Assembly: GCF_006345805.1 (NCBI RefSeq)
Contig: NC_043018.1
Span: 19,220,001 to 19,284,000 of the forward strand
Length of the DNA stretch: 64,000 nucleotides
Source: Octopus sinensis
Taxonomy: Eukaryota
Reading direction: 5' to 3'
This document shows positions 38,886 through 52,107 of this stretch, one piece after another. The notes below the pieces were generated by a model that saw only the letters and a program-made list of their open reading frames with translations, made no database searches and had not been told where the DNA came from. Position 1 is the stretch's first letter. The number at the start of each line of letters is the position of its first letter. Made by a program: the position numbers and the translations under genes.

Positions 38886-39701
38886 ATATATAATACTTTG
38901 CACTTCGGATAATATATCATCATCATCATTATCATCATCATCATCATCATTTAGCGTCCGTTTTCCATGCTAGCATGGGTTGGACGGTTTAACATATATT
39001 TAACTGTCTCAAATATAGTGTGTGTGTGTGTACACTCGCGCGTCTATATATTTATATGTACCTATGTATGAATTCATGTGTGTATGCATTTGTTGACTAA
39101 ATTGTGAAAGATCTCTCTTGATAAAGGAAATTTAAAATAAGCAAGTTAATTACAAAGATGCATAAGACGAAGAGGAAAATACAGCGAACTATTATTCATC
39201 AAAGGAATAAAACGAATAAAAACCAAAATATTTCCTTTGGAAATGGTCAGCACATTTTTGAACAAATTGAACCGTTTGGAGTCACAGAAAATAGAAAAAT
39301 AGAAATAAAAATAAGAATAAAACGATTTTATCAGAAAGTGCGCAAAAGCAAAAATTGCAAGTTATTGTCAGTGTCTGGGCAGTAAAGAATACTAAAAGAA
39401 TTAATGGATGGAATCCGGATCGAAGATAAATTATATAAGACAACATCTCCACAACGTGATGTAACAAGAGAAGATGTTATCCAAGAAGCTGAATGCATTT
39501 ATAACTGGAAGTTATTTATTAGTATCAGAATATTGAAGAACTGATTTTATCAGCGATTCAGCGAAAGTGGCTTCTAAATTGTTGGTCAGCCTGCTTGAAG
39601 TGCTGGAGAAAAAGAAAGTGTTGAGTTGTTCTCACGAGAGGGAGAGAGCTGGAACCTAAGCGGTCATTTATATTGCGATTTTATAGTTTTAAAGGAGTGA
39701 C

Positions 39702-39742
<41 letters not shown>

Positions 39743-39749
<7 letters not shown>

Positions 39750-39975
39750 AATGGAAAGACAAGAAAAGACGTCAACAAGAAACTATGACATTACAACCAG
39801 CCAGGAACAGTCTTCGCTACATTTGCGGTACCTGCCAGAGGGAGTGTTTGTCCAGGATAGGACTACACAACCACAGCAGGAAATGTATCAGGACATGAAA
39901 TGTAAAAGCCGGACTAGACTATTTTATGCGCAATTCCATTATCTCCCGAGACAAAAAAGATGCCAACAACATAGT
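39743..39975 (+). mobile_element. RTE LINE 3' end (terminal C2H2-type motif)
   Basis: ...YICGTCQRECLSRIGLHNHSRKC...* matches the RTE C-terminal CxxCxRxCxSRIGLxSHxRxC motif; the 3' UTR ends in gatgccaacaaca. Confidence 0.7.
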
Positions 39976-42084
39976 TCTGTGATGGAGCTAGTGAACTGCG
40001 AGAAGAAAATATGGGCATCATCGTAATCAGCACACAAGTTTGCGTAGTTAGGATCCTATGTAGTTCCCATAGCCACCCAAGAGACCTGCTGGGGAAACTC
40101 ACTCGCAATGATAGACAGTAGAGAGTGAGGACGATATCAGCCAAGTGTGGCTATAAAACCTCTCTTAACTCATATTCAGCAGGCTTCAAAGAAAGGAAAG
40201 GCACTACTATATAATTCTTATTTCTTTATTGCCCACAAGGGGCTAAGCATAAAGGGGACAAACAAGGACAGACAAACGGATTAAGTCGATTATATCGACC
40301 CCAGTGCGTCACTGGTACTTATTTAATCGAAAGGATGAAAGGCAAAGTCGACCTCGGCGGAATTTGAACTCAGAACGTAGCGGCAGACGAAATACCTATT
40401 TCTTTACTACCCACAAGGGGCTAAACACAGAGGGGACAAACAAGGACAGACAAACAAGGACAGACAAACGGATTAAGTCGATTACATCGACTCCAGAGTG
40501 TAACTGGTGCTTAATTTATCGACCCCGAAAGGATGAAAGGCAAAGTCGACCTCGGCGGAATTTTAACTCCGAACCAAACGTTTTATAAAGTTATATTCGG
40601 AGTACAATATTCTTCGTCTTACTTTATACAATGATGATATGATGATGATGATGATGATGAGATGATGGTGATGAATTGTAGTGTGTCTCTTGCAAACTCT
40701 CACGCGACTGCATTATGTCAAAGTTGGTAACCCTGAAGGAGAATCGTTGACAGAAAAGAGTAGCCAAAAAACATAAAAAAAAAATGAAGAAGAAAAACAG
40801 CTAAACAACATTGTAATTGAAACTAACTGGAATAATGATAAATGGTTGATTAGGTCTTGGATTAATTATCAATGGAATTTTGATAATATTTCTGACTAAC
40901 ATATTCAAGACACGGTAACCATGGATAAAATGGCGTCGATAACTTTTATGTTGACATTAGAAATTAGTGCAAACTGACAAAAGGAAGAGGAACCAATACC
41001 TGCCGGAAGTAAACTAATCAAAGATAATTAGGCGTTCAGGTTGTTATCCATTTTAACACTAATGAGCTTAATTGCTAGCGAACACTAATTGGAAGTGAAC
41101 GGGTCGAGAATTTGCAAGAAATAACAATCAACTATCATATTTGTGCTGATTAATTAAAATTTTATATTGGAAATGACAAACAACTAGTTAGAGGAACGGC
41201 GGCGTGGGCTACTATTTCCACCTGGTTAGGCCACCCCGATTGGTTAGAAATAGAAGCTAGTTCTTACTTCGAATGATTCCTTGCGGTCAAATTCCGTAAG
41301 TTCGAATTCCGCCGAGGTCGTCTTTACCTTTCATTCTTTCGGGGTCGATAAGATAAGTACCCGTTGAGCACCGGGATCGATGTAATGGACTTACATCCTC
41401 TCCATAAATTACCGGCCTTGTGCCAAAATCTGAAATAAATTACAGGTTGAATCTATCCAACAGGCTTCTATATAGTTTCCATTCATCCGATTTCGCTGAC
41501 AAAGGTATGTGTCGGTTCGAGGACACTAAAAATGATATTTTCCCGAGATGCTTCGCAGTGAGATCGATCTCTTTTTAACCGTTCAGCCATACTGCAGCAT
41601 AGAGAGTGAAGTAGATCGGCAACAAACTAAGTGATAGGGTTGGTTGAACCGGAAATTTAGGGGGCCAAAATTGCGGACGGAAAGGTTTTGGCTTTAAATA
41701 CGCCTGAGAGCCATTGTTATTTCAAAGAAACTATTAAGAACATAATAAAATCGGACAAGAAAATAATAAAACTAATGAAACTAATATCAAACGATCGTAA
41801 ACAGACAATTGATCACATTGTAACGAGTGCCAAGTTTTAAAGAAAAACTGTAAACAGAAACATGTGAGACAGAATTAGTAGTATTGTGTATTGGGAATGT
41901 TGCCATCACGACTAAGTAAACTCGGGTGAATAGAGAAACCATTTCTTAACAATGAATGCTTTAAGATTTATATCGAAACCTGTTAATAGCGCTCTTTTAA
42001 TCTCCTTTACTTTTAAACTCACGTAATACACAATACATACATACATACATACATACATACATAATACATACATACATACATACC

Positions 42085-42158
<74 letters not shown>

Positions 42159-42159
42159 G

Positions 42160-42238
<79 letters not shown>

Positions 42239-44747
42239 GATATGTATATTATATATATATGTATATATATATGTATGTATATATTTGTATATATCATGAG
42301 GTAGATGGATCGATTCAGAAATAATATACCGGAATTTTACTTGTTTCAGTCGTATAACGGCGGCCATGTTGGGGTCCTCTACCGAAGAGGTTAAGCCGAA
42401 CGAATCAATCTTGGGCCACGTATCTTCTACTATAGGCTTGGGCCAATTAAAGCCTTGTGAGTGGATTTGGTAGACGGAAACTGAAAGAAACTCGTCGTGT
42501 GTGTGTGTGTTGTGTGTGTGTGTGTGTGTATGTAACATTTCTCCGATTTTTCCGTCCTTTACATTCGCTGCTTTCTTCCAAGGAATCTAATGCTCTTAGC
42601 TTAGTTTTTTCTTGGGGCTGGCCAGATTGGAGCAATTTTGAGTATAACCAGCCGAAATTGCAAAGATAATCTGGAACTTGATTGAGGAAACTTAGCGATA
42701 GAACAAGTACCAGGCTTAAAAATATAAAAAATAAGTAATGGGGGTCAATTAGTTCGACTAAAATTCTTCAAGCCGATGCCCCAGCATGACCGCAGTCAAG
42801 TGACTGAAACAAGTAACAGATAGAAGATAACGATAACAGCTGGGAGTAAGGCGAAATAAAACAATATAGATTGAAACACCTTTCAAAGGGACACAAAGGA
42901 ATATTTGCATCCGACGCGAAATCACATTCTATGGTTAACAGCGGAATCCATTCGGTCATACAACATTATTATAGAAAACGGTATTTTTTAGTAACACCTT
43001 CTCAGAATAAAAGAAACAATTTTGTTGTGTCTTGGGAGGGTCATTACACCAATAATAACGACACACGCACTGGTTGACTATTACTCCTTCATTGTTAGCC
43101 AATTGGTTAGATATCTAACCAACTAATCGATTGTTTGTTTAATGCACTGGTTAAACAATCAATCTGTTTTTTTGTCAGTCAAAGTCCTTTCGTTGCACAG
43201 CCATCTCCTCTTCTACAATACATTGTCTCTAACTTTGACATCAGTCATTAGAAATAAGGCTAGAAACATATGAACCCGCTTTCGGTCTCCCTCAACCCAA
43301 TTGACTCAAATGAAATCAAAATTAAAGGAACCATGTCGAAGCGGTGGTCTTTATTGCAGCTGAGGTTTAGAAAAAAAAAGAAAAATCTTTTGAAAAAAGG
43401 CTTTGATACGACATTCCTTCTGAAGATTATTCCGGAACGAATTACTGGGATCAGGAAATTAATGAGAAGGCAGGTATGGGTGTCATTGAATCTGCTAGAA
43501 ATAGCAGTCGAATCTCTTCCAATTCTATTGGCAACTCCTACACCCAATCTTCTCTCTCAGACGTTCTGACATTGCCTTTTCTCTGGCCCTGAGAAACTCA
43601 GGTCGTAAGATAAACCTTGATAACTACAAGGACCAAAGAGAGGTTGTTTAAATTAATCCGGGTTAAGATTATCAACGTCTTAGCTTTAGTGTGATCAGAA
43701 AAAACGATAGACGAGTGCTATTATTGCTATTGAAATTGCACTTAGCTATGGTAAGAAGTCTGCTTCCTAACCAAATGTCTTCGGGTTCAATCCCACTGCG
43801 TGGCATATTGGCAGATGTCTTCTGCTATAGCACTGGGCCGACCAAAGCCTTATGAGTGGATCTGTGGATTTAAGTACACGAAAACTGAAAGAAGCCCGTC
43901 ATATATGTATGTGTGTGTGTGTGTGTATGTGTGTGTGTGTGTATATGTGTGTGTGTGAGTGCGTGTGTGAATGTGTATGTATGGGTGTGTGTGTGTGTTT
44001 GTGTTTGTCTTCCATGACCGCTTGACAACAGATGTTGGCTTGTTTGCATCCCCGTGACGTAGCGGTTCGGCAAAGGAGACAGGTAGATTTGGCATCAGGT
44101 TTCAAAAAAGAAAATAACAACTGGGGGTCGATTCGTTCGGCTACAATACTTCAAGGTGGTGCTCCAGCATGGCCGCAGTCCAGTGAACGAAACAAGGAAA
44201 TGGTCTAAAGTAAAGGGAAAACGTATCACTTCAATCGATTTCTTGACTAATTCCAATATTTTGAACTCTGCCAATTTTTGAATAATGCAATACACAGCAA
44301 AGCAACGTAGTTTTGATTTTTGGCAATCTTCTTGGCTTCGTAATAAATCATTCTGTTAATAATCGGTAATTTAGTAAGGTTAGGTAATGGTCTCGACCTA
44401 AGAATTCTCTACCATAACATTAACGCAACGACGAGTGAAGTTCATAGGAATTTCTCCAAGGAACACGAGTCACACAACATAAATTTAACACAAAAGACAA
44501 AGCGAAACGAATGACGACACCTGGTGGTGTGTCCAGTAACACGGCCTTGCTTGGCTTCACACACATCCACACGAATACACACACACACGCACACATGCAT
44601 ACGCACACACAGACACAAACACACTCACACACACATATGGATACATCCCACCCGCTAAAAGTTACAGCTTTTGACGAAAAAAGCTGTAACCAAACACTGC
44701 AGGATAATCTATTCAATATTTTACTGTTTCAGATATATAATTCTCGG

Positions 44748-44748
<1 letters not shown>

Positions 44749-44836
<88 letters not shown>

Positions 44837-44847
44837 CGATGATGATG

Positions 44848-44893
<46 letters not shown>

Positions 44894-44895
44894 AA

Positions 44896-44926
<31 letters not shown>

Positions 44927-44927
44927 C

Positions 44928-44959
<32 letters not shown>

Positions 44960-45081
44960 TGATGATGATGATGATAATAATAATAATAATAATATATTAA
45001 TAATAGTAATAATAATAATAATGATAATAATAATAATATAATAATAATAATAATAATAATAATGATGATAATAATAATAAT

Positions 45082-45120
<39 letters not shown>

Positions 45121-45142
45121 TAATATTATTATTATTATTATT

Positions 45143-45186
<44 letters not shown>
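44749..45186. repeat. (TAA/TGA)n compound tract
   Basis: Directly visible. Similar tracts lie at 15097-15420, 32434-32575 and 50349-50615; many (TA)n, (CA)n, (TATC)n and (GA)n tracts occur throughout the window. Confidence 0.95.
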
Positions 45187-45448
45187 TAAAGAATTTGGAG
45201 TATGCGAACAGTAAAGGTCGCGCCTATAATAATTGGTCCGCTGGGAACAGTAAACCAAGATTTTGACAAATGGCTGAAGGAGATTGAAATAGAAAGCTCG
45301 GTTGAGCTCCAACAGAAAGTTTTCCTCTTAAGGACAGCAACGATTATCAGGAGATGGGTGTTTCGTTCCAAGTACTTGGAAGACTGCTGAAAACGTGTGG
45401 ACACCTACCGATATAAATATCCTACCAAGAATAAGATCAAACCTGAGC
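45187..45448 (+). mobile_element. R4/Dong-like 3' fragment, second lineage
   Basis: RIWSMRTVKVAPIIIGPLGTVNQDFDKWLKEIEIESSVELQQKVFLLRTATIIRR follows the ~440-bp (TAA)n-rich tract. Confidence 0.7.
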
Positions 45449-45794
45449 TTTGTTTAAATGTAGATTGCAGTACCAGAGAGTGGCTCTCATAGCTTCTGAT
45501 CTTAAATGATTGGAAGTGTTATCATGTACAATTGTTTTGTCTTGGTATAAAAGATGGGCCACAGCAAATATTCTGCTCAATACCACAGATTTGCTTGTCA
45601 GTTGTTTGACTTTAACCAGTTGAGCATGTCCTTTAGTGCTGCCGATATGTGCATCTCTGATCACAAGCAGAAGTAGTGGGGAAGCATGATATCCATGTGT
45701 CTGAAAGGAATTCTTTGGGGTTTATCCTTAAACAACCCTTATTCAGGGTTTTTATCCCAGTGTCACTTTGATGGCATGCACTGCTCTTGCACAC

Positions 45795-45846
<52 letters not shown>

Positions 45847-45862
45847 GTAATAATAATAATAA

Positions 45863-46285
45863 TATACTTGAAGATTAATAGACGTAAGTGTTCCCACTGG
45901 TAAAAATATGCCTGTAAAAGAATTTGACAAATTAAGTAAATATAAGGACCTGGAAATTGAAATACAAAAGATGTGACATCTTAAAGCAAGAACTTTTCCT
46001 GCTATTGTGGGTGTCCTAGGTATGATAAAAAGGGATGTAAAAAACATCTAGACAACATCCCAGGAGAGCCATGTATCAGAGAAATCCAAAAGATAGTACT
46101 AACAGGTACTACCCACAGCCGTAGAAAAACCCTATCAATTTAAATGTCTGTCGTTTCGCTACTGCTCCTGCCACTTCCCCATCCTAAGCTTTTCAGTTAC
46201 ACTGTATCACCTCTTATCCTTCACTCGCCCTAGGACGCTGGGCGTGCCTCGGCGAGGGATTGTAACAAACATGCAGATTAAAAGT
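45863..46285 (+). mobile_element. R4/Dong-like 3' fragment, third lineage
   Basis: LIDVSVPTGKNMPVKEFDKLSKYKDLEIEIQKM*HLKARTFPAIVGVLGMIK...IQKIVLTGTTHSRRKTLSI*, then a 3' UTR; (TAA)n on both sides. Confidence 0.8.
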
Positions 46286-46318
46286 TAATAATAATAATAA
46301 CAACAACAACACAACAAC

Positions 46319-46366
<48 letters not shown>

Positions 46367-46767
46367 TAGCGGGCCCGTGGAAATTCCATAGTGTTAGCAC
46401 ATTTGAAAACGTTATCATATTAAACACAAACAAGGAGTTAAAAAAAAGATCTTTTGAAATCTTGCCATTTAATCAAAACTGTATTTTCAAATATGATCGA
46501 AATGAACTTAGAAGAGATTGCTTATTTTTCTTTCTTTTAATATGTTTGACAGCTACGAGATGTACTTTCTAGTTTAAGGAAATAAAAGATGAATTACACC
46601 GATAAAATTATTCATATTATATATATATATTATATAATATATTATATATATATATATATATAAATAAAGTTAATCCAAACAAGAAAAACAAAAAAACCCA
46701 CAGCAACGCGCGGGACGTGAACAAATAAAGTATTATTGGACGATCAGGAAAGAAGGGAAGAAGGAGG

Positions 46768-46802
46768 GTTTAACGTTTCGAGCGGAGCTCCTCGTCGGAA
46801 AC
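46768..46802 (-). ncRNA. Minimal (dimer-type) hammerhead variant
   Basis: - strand: gttt CCGACGA g-gagc-tcc-gctc GAAA CG T T aaac. Stem I is 4 bp; stem III is only the ACGU palindrome. It sits in a ~200-bp island between (TA)n tracts. Confidence 0.5.
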
Positions 46803-46885
46803 AAAGGAGAAGGAAAGATCCCGAGAAGGGAAGACGGAGGAAAAAAATTGCTGGCGGTGCTCACGGGGTCACACACACACACATG

Positions 46886-46918
<33 letters not shown>

Positions 46919-46930
46919 ATATATATATAA

Positions 46931-46989
<59 letters not shown>

Positions 46990-47121
46990 TAATACGCTTT
47001 TCACTGACCCACTACTATCAAGTTAATTACGAACTGAGATATATTTTCATTTTTTTCATTTCAGTCCACTACTATTTATTGGGTATCTATTAATATTTCT
47101 TTCTATCTGTACATCTGGTGA

Positions 47122-47197
<76 letters not shown>

Positions 47198-47207
47198 CAT
47201 ATATCTA

Positions 47208-47297
<90 letters not shown>

Positions 47298-47324
47298 CCC
47301 ATCTATCTATCTATCTACATCCAT

Positions 47325-47400
<76 letters not shown>

Positions 47401-47406
47401 ATCTGG

Positions 47407-47441
<35 letters not shown>

Positions 47442-47451
47442 CCCATCTATC

Positions 47452-47576
<125 letters not shown>

Positions 47577-47984
47577 TTGTCTGTCTGTCTGTCTGTCTAA
47601 CAAGCTAGCTATCATATCTACATTCTCTGCTGTATCGCTCTACTCTCACAATACCGATAAGTATTTAAACCTAATAACAAAATAAAAAAAAAAAATTAAA
47701 ACAAATAATGGCAGTGTCCCAGCTTGGTCACAGCCTTTGGTTTGAAACATGTTAAAGCTAAAAGCGCATCATCTACAGCTACTTGCTAAATATATTTTCA
47801 CTTTGATTTAATTATCTATCGATACATCTTTTAATGCATAAATGCATAAAGTTATAAATCTTCATGGCATTGTTTCACAATGTTAAACTTTCCGACTTCA
47901 ATTCGAACACAGAAAGCAGAATAATATAGACCTTCTCCCTTTCTCTCTCTTCTGTGTGTCTCTTTCTCTCTCTCTCTCTCTATG

Positions 47985-48028
<44 letters not shown>

Positions 48029-48129
48029 TATATATATATACATAATATATATATGTATGTATATATGTATATATATATATATATTATATGTATATATATA
48101 TGATATATATACATATATATATGTATGTT

Positions 48130-48163
<34 letters not shown>

Positions 48164-49210
48164 TATATATATATATACATATATATATGGATTGTATATA
48201 TATATATATATAATATTATATATATATACATATTATATATGTATGTATATATGTATATATTATATATATATGTATATAGTATATATATATATATACATAT
48301 ATATATGTATGTATATGTGTATATATATATATATATATGCTCTTTTAATCTTTTACTTGTTTCAGTCACTTGACTACGGCATGCTGGAGCACCGCCTTTA
48401 GTCGAGCTAATCGACCCCGGGACTTATTATTTGTATGCCCAGTACTTATTCTATCGGTATTTTGCCTAACCGCTAAGTTACGGGGACATAAACACACCAG
48501 CATCGGTTGTCAAGCAATGCTAGAGGGACAAACACAGACCCACAAACATACACACACACACATGTATATACATATATAAGACGGGCGTCTTTCAGTTTCC
48601 GTCTACCAAATCCACTCACAAGGCTTTGGTCGTCCCGGGGCTATAGCAGAAGACACTTGCCCAAGATGCCACGCAGTGGGACTGAACCCGGAAGCAAGTT
48701 ACTTACCACACAGCCACTCCAAACAGCTGAGTAAACTGGAGTACCTTGCTCATGAACACAACACAGCCCGGTCCAAGAATCGAACTCACAACCTCACGAT
48801 TGTAAACTCGACGCTCTAACCACTGAGCCATGCACCTTCATACTTAATATATATTTACACTATTGACAGGCAAGCTATTCTTACGGAGTGTTTTATTTAA
48901 AGACACAATATATAGATCAGAAGAAGACGAAAACAGCAGTAAATAAGGGCAAATATATAAATATATAAAAAGAAAAAATGCCAATATACTGAGAATAGAC
49001 TTTATATCGTCAATCACCACATACAATATACTTCTCTATGAATACACGTCGTGGTGAAATCGAGGAAGGCAAGCCAACAGAATTGTATATATATAGTACG
49101 TTTAAATATTTGCTGTGCAAGATTTTTTATGTGAAGTCTTGTGTTGAAACAGATATTGTGCGTGTGTCTTTATTGGCTAAACTGGCAATATGACCATTCC
49201 GAAATATAAC

Positions 49211-49264
<54 letters not shown>

Positions 49265-49436
49265 ATATATCTATATATATTAATATATATATTATATATA
49301 TATTAATATATATATATATATATATATATAATTATATATATATACATATTTAGTCCTTTGACTATTTTCTCCTTTCTACTAGGCCGCTGGTAGCGATAAA
49401 TTTTAACTGAATTTTTTGCTACCCTAAATTGATAAT

Positions 49437-49491
<55 letters not shown>

Positions 49492-49499
49492 AAGTAGAT

Positions 49500-49975
49500 A
49501 AATGAATTATCTATTTCGGATTATTCAAATGATAACCGATACCTGGGTAGCAAAATCACAACAGAAAGCACAGTTGAGGTTAGGACCATGGGGCCTAAAA
49601 TCCGTGCCTTAGTGTGGAAATTTGAATTTTTATATATTTAGTGTAGGAAGAAATGGAGCTGAACGAAGATTAACAAAAATTCCTTTTATTATTTTCTACA
49701 TATGTTTCAAAGGCTGCAAAGTCCCTAATTCGGATTGAATAAGGAGTCCATTTTGCAGCCTTCTCTTAATTCTCCAACAAAGTTTGTCGAAAAGCTTGCT
49801 GTGCATTTTGTTTGTTGCAGAATTAAGTTCCTGGATTTTCCTGAAGAGAAGGCTGCAAAATGGACTCCTTATTCAATCCGAATTTGGGATTTGCAGCCTT
49901 TGAAACATATGTAGAAAATAATAAAAAGGAATTTTGTTAATTCTTCGTTCAGCTCCATTTCTTCCTACACTAATA
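49500..49975. mobile_element. Asymmetric fold-back HHR element, family B
   Basis: Inverted arms at about 49631-49767 and 49845-49975, with a one-sided extension to ~49500, embedded in (TA)n. A homologous inverted copy lies at 13247-13490. Confidence 0.7.
49835..49919 (+). ncRNA. Canonical type I hammerhead ribozyme
   Basis: attttc CTGAAGA gaaggctgcaaa...tttgcagccttt GAAA c-atat-g TA gaaaat. Stem I is 6 bp, stem II is 12 bp, GUA triplet; cleavage predicted after 49913. Confidence 0.82.
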
Positions 49976-50394
49976 TATATATATAATATATATATAATAT
50001 ATATATATCTATATATATATATATTTCTGCATTCGAGTTATTCCCTCTCTTGGCGTAAGTGTAGCAAACTGGCAAAACAAACAAAAAATGTAGGAACGAT
50101 TAGAATAATATTATAGACAATCCTCTTTATCGTATGTACAAGGACTGAAGTTTTGAGGAAGGGGACTGACTTGTCGATTACATTGACCCCAGTGCTCGAG
50201 TGATGTTTGTTTTATCGATCCCCGCCATCCAAAGGGATGAAAGGTAAAGCCAACTTAGGCAGCAATTGAACTCAGAAAGTGAAGAAGGACGAAATGCCGC
50301 TAAGCCTTATCGTCCGACGTATTAACGATTTTACCAGCTCACCGCCTTAATAATAATAATTATAATAATAAAAATAAAAATAAAAAAAATAAAA

Positions 50395-50437
<43 letters not shown>

Positions 50438-50569
50438 TAATAATAATGAATAATAATAATAATAATAATAATATAATAATAATAATAATAATAATAGAGC
50501 TTCTCTGCCCTAGGTGTATGGAAACACTCGGTGAGAAACGGAAGAAAATTTGAAGAAAGAAGGAAAAAC

Positions 50570-50606
<37 letters not shown>

Positions 50607-52053
50607 TAATAATAATGGTTTCAGGTTTTGGCACAAGGCGAGCAATTTCAGGGGGGAGGAGTAAGTCGATTACATCGACCTCGGTGCTCGGCAATAATGA
50701 TGTCCTCCTCTTCCAACGAAGACAATGTGTGCGTGTTTAGCTTTGCTGCCGCATGACCTGCACAAATGATTTGTCTCTAGTGAATAAATCTATGTACCGT
50801 ACATTAGCTTACTCCCCCTCCAATCAAATCGACGTTGCCTGAGCGTGTGCAGCATGGTGTACCACTCGTTAGATATCAGAGGGAATCGCAGGGCAAACGT
50901 TGAAGTGTTTTGCTCAAGAAACCACCGATATTGCAAGCAACACGCTAACTACTAAGCCGGGCGAAATGCGTAGCCGTATTTCGTCTGCCGTTACGTTCTG
51001 AGTTCATATTCCGCCGAGGTCGACTTTGCCTTTCATTCTCTCAGGGTCGATAAATAAAGTACCAGTTTCGCACTGGGTCGATGTAATCGACTTATTTGTC
51101 TGCCCTTGTTTGTCCCCTCTATGTTTAGCTCCTTGTGGGTAGTAAAGAAATGGGCATTTCGTCTGCCGCTACGTTCTGAGTTCAAATTCCGCCGAGGTCG
51201 ACTTTGCCTTTCATCCTCTCGGGGTCGATAAATAAAGTACCAGTTTCGCACTGGGGTCGATGTAATCGACTTAATCCCTTTGTCTGCCCTTGTTTGTCCC
51301 CTCTATGTTTAGCCCCTTGTGGGTAGTAAAGAAATACATAATAATAATAATAATAGAAATTCCTCGCCTTTGTCTGTATCAATTATTTGTAGCTGTTATC
51401 CTCCTCGTTTTCAAATATAATTGTTGTAAATCTATTTTCCTCGGCTTCCAAATTCTATAGCCAATTACATCAAATGTTATTTTCTTTCTATTTCCCGTTA
51501 CCAAAATATAACTGCTGCCTTCGAATATTGGTTTATACTCAATCATTGAACCAGACTATCGATCACAATAATGAATGTTAAATTCGCTAATTATGAACGT
51601 ATTATTTCCACTGAACTAAATCTATTCATGAATACATCTGAAAAGAATTATTTAAGTAAAGGCTAATTATTAAACCAATTAAAATAATAGGACGGGAATT
51701 ACTTGATAAGGTGTTTCCAAAGCCGGATACCATTTTCTTTTAAAACAACGTATAAACATTTAAATAAGTTAGAAAAATTACAAATTTTTACGAGAGTTCA
51801 AAATGGCGTTTTGTTTTGCACATCCAATTATTTGAATTTTAAATGTAAAGGTGAATCAATGTATAGACATGTTAACGTAACATAACATTTGCGAAAATTC
51901 AATATATTTTGTAAGTTAACGAAAAAAAAAACGTATTTTAACATGATAAACTCTGTGCAAAACATACATGTGTGTAAATGTGTATGTGTGTATGTGCGTG
52001 TGTCTATATTTACATGCAGACCTACAAACACTCTCTTCGCTTTCACAAACTCG

Positions 52054-52107
<54 letters not shown>

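Noticed and set aside
40900-41060. AAAATGGCG (YY1-like) and CCGGAAGT (ETS-like) motifs close together
   Set aside because: Short motifs expected by chance; no associated exon or CpG-island evidence.
43260-43560. - strand DWV*ELPIELEEIR, reminiscent of a Gypsy integrase C-terminus
   Set aside because: A single short motif with several stops; not enough evidence without a search.
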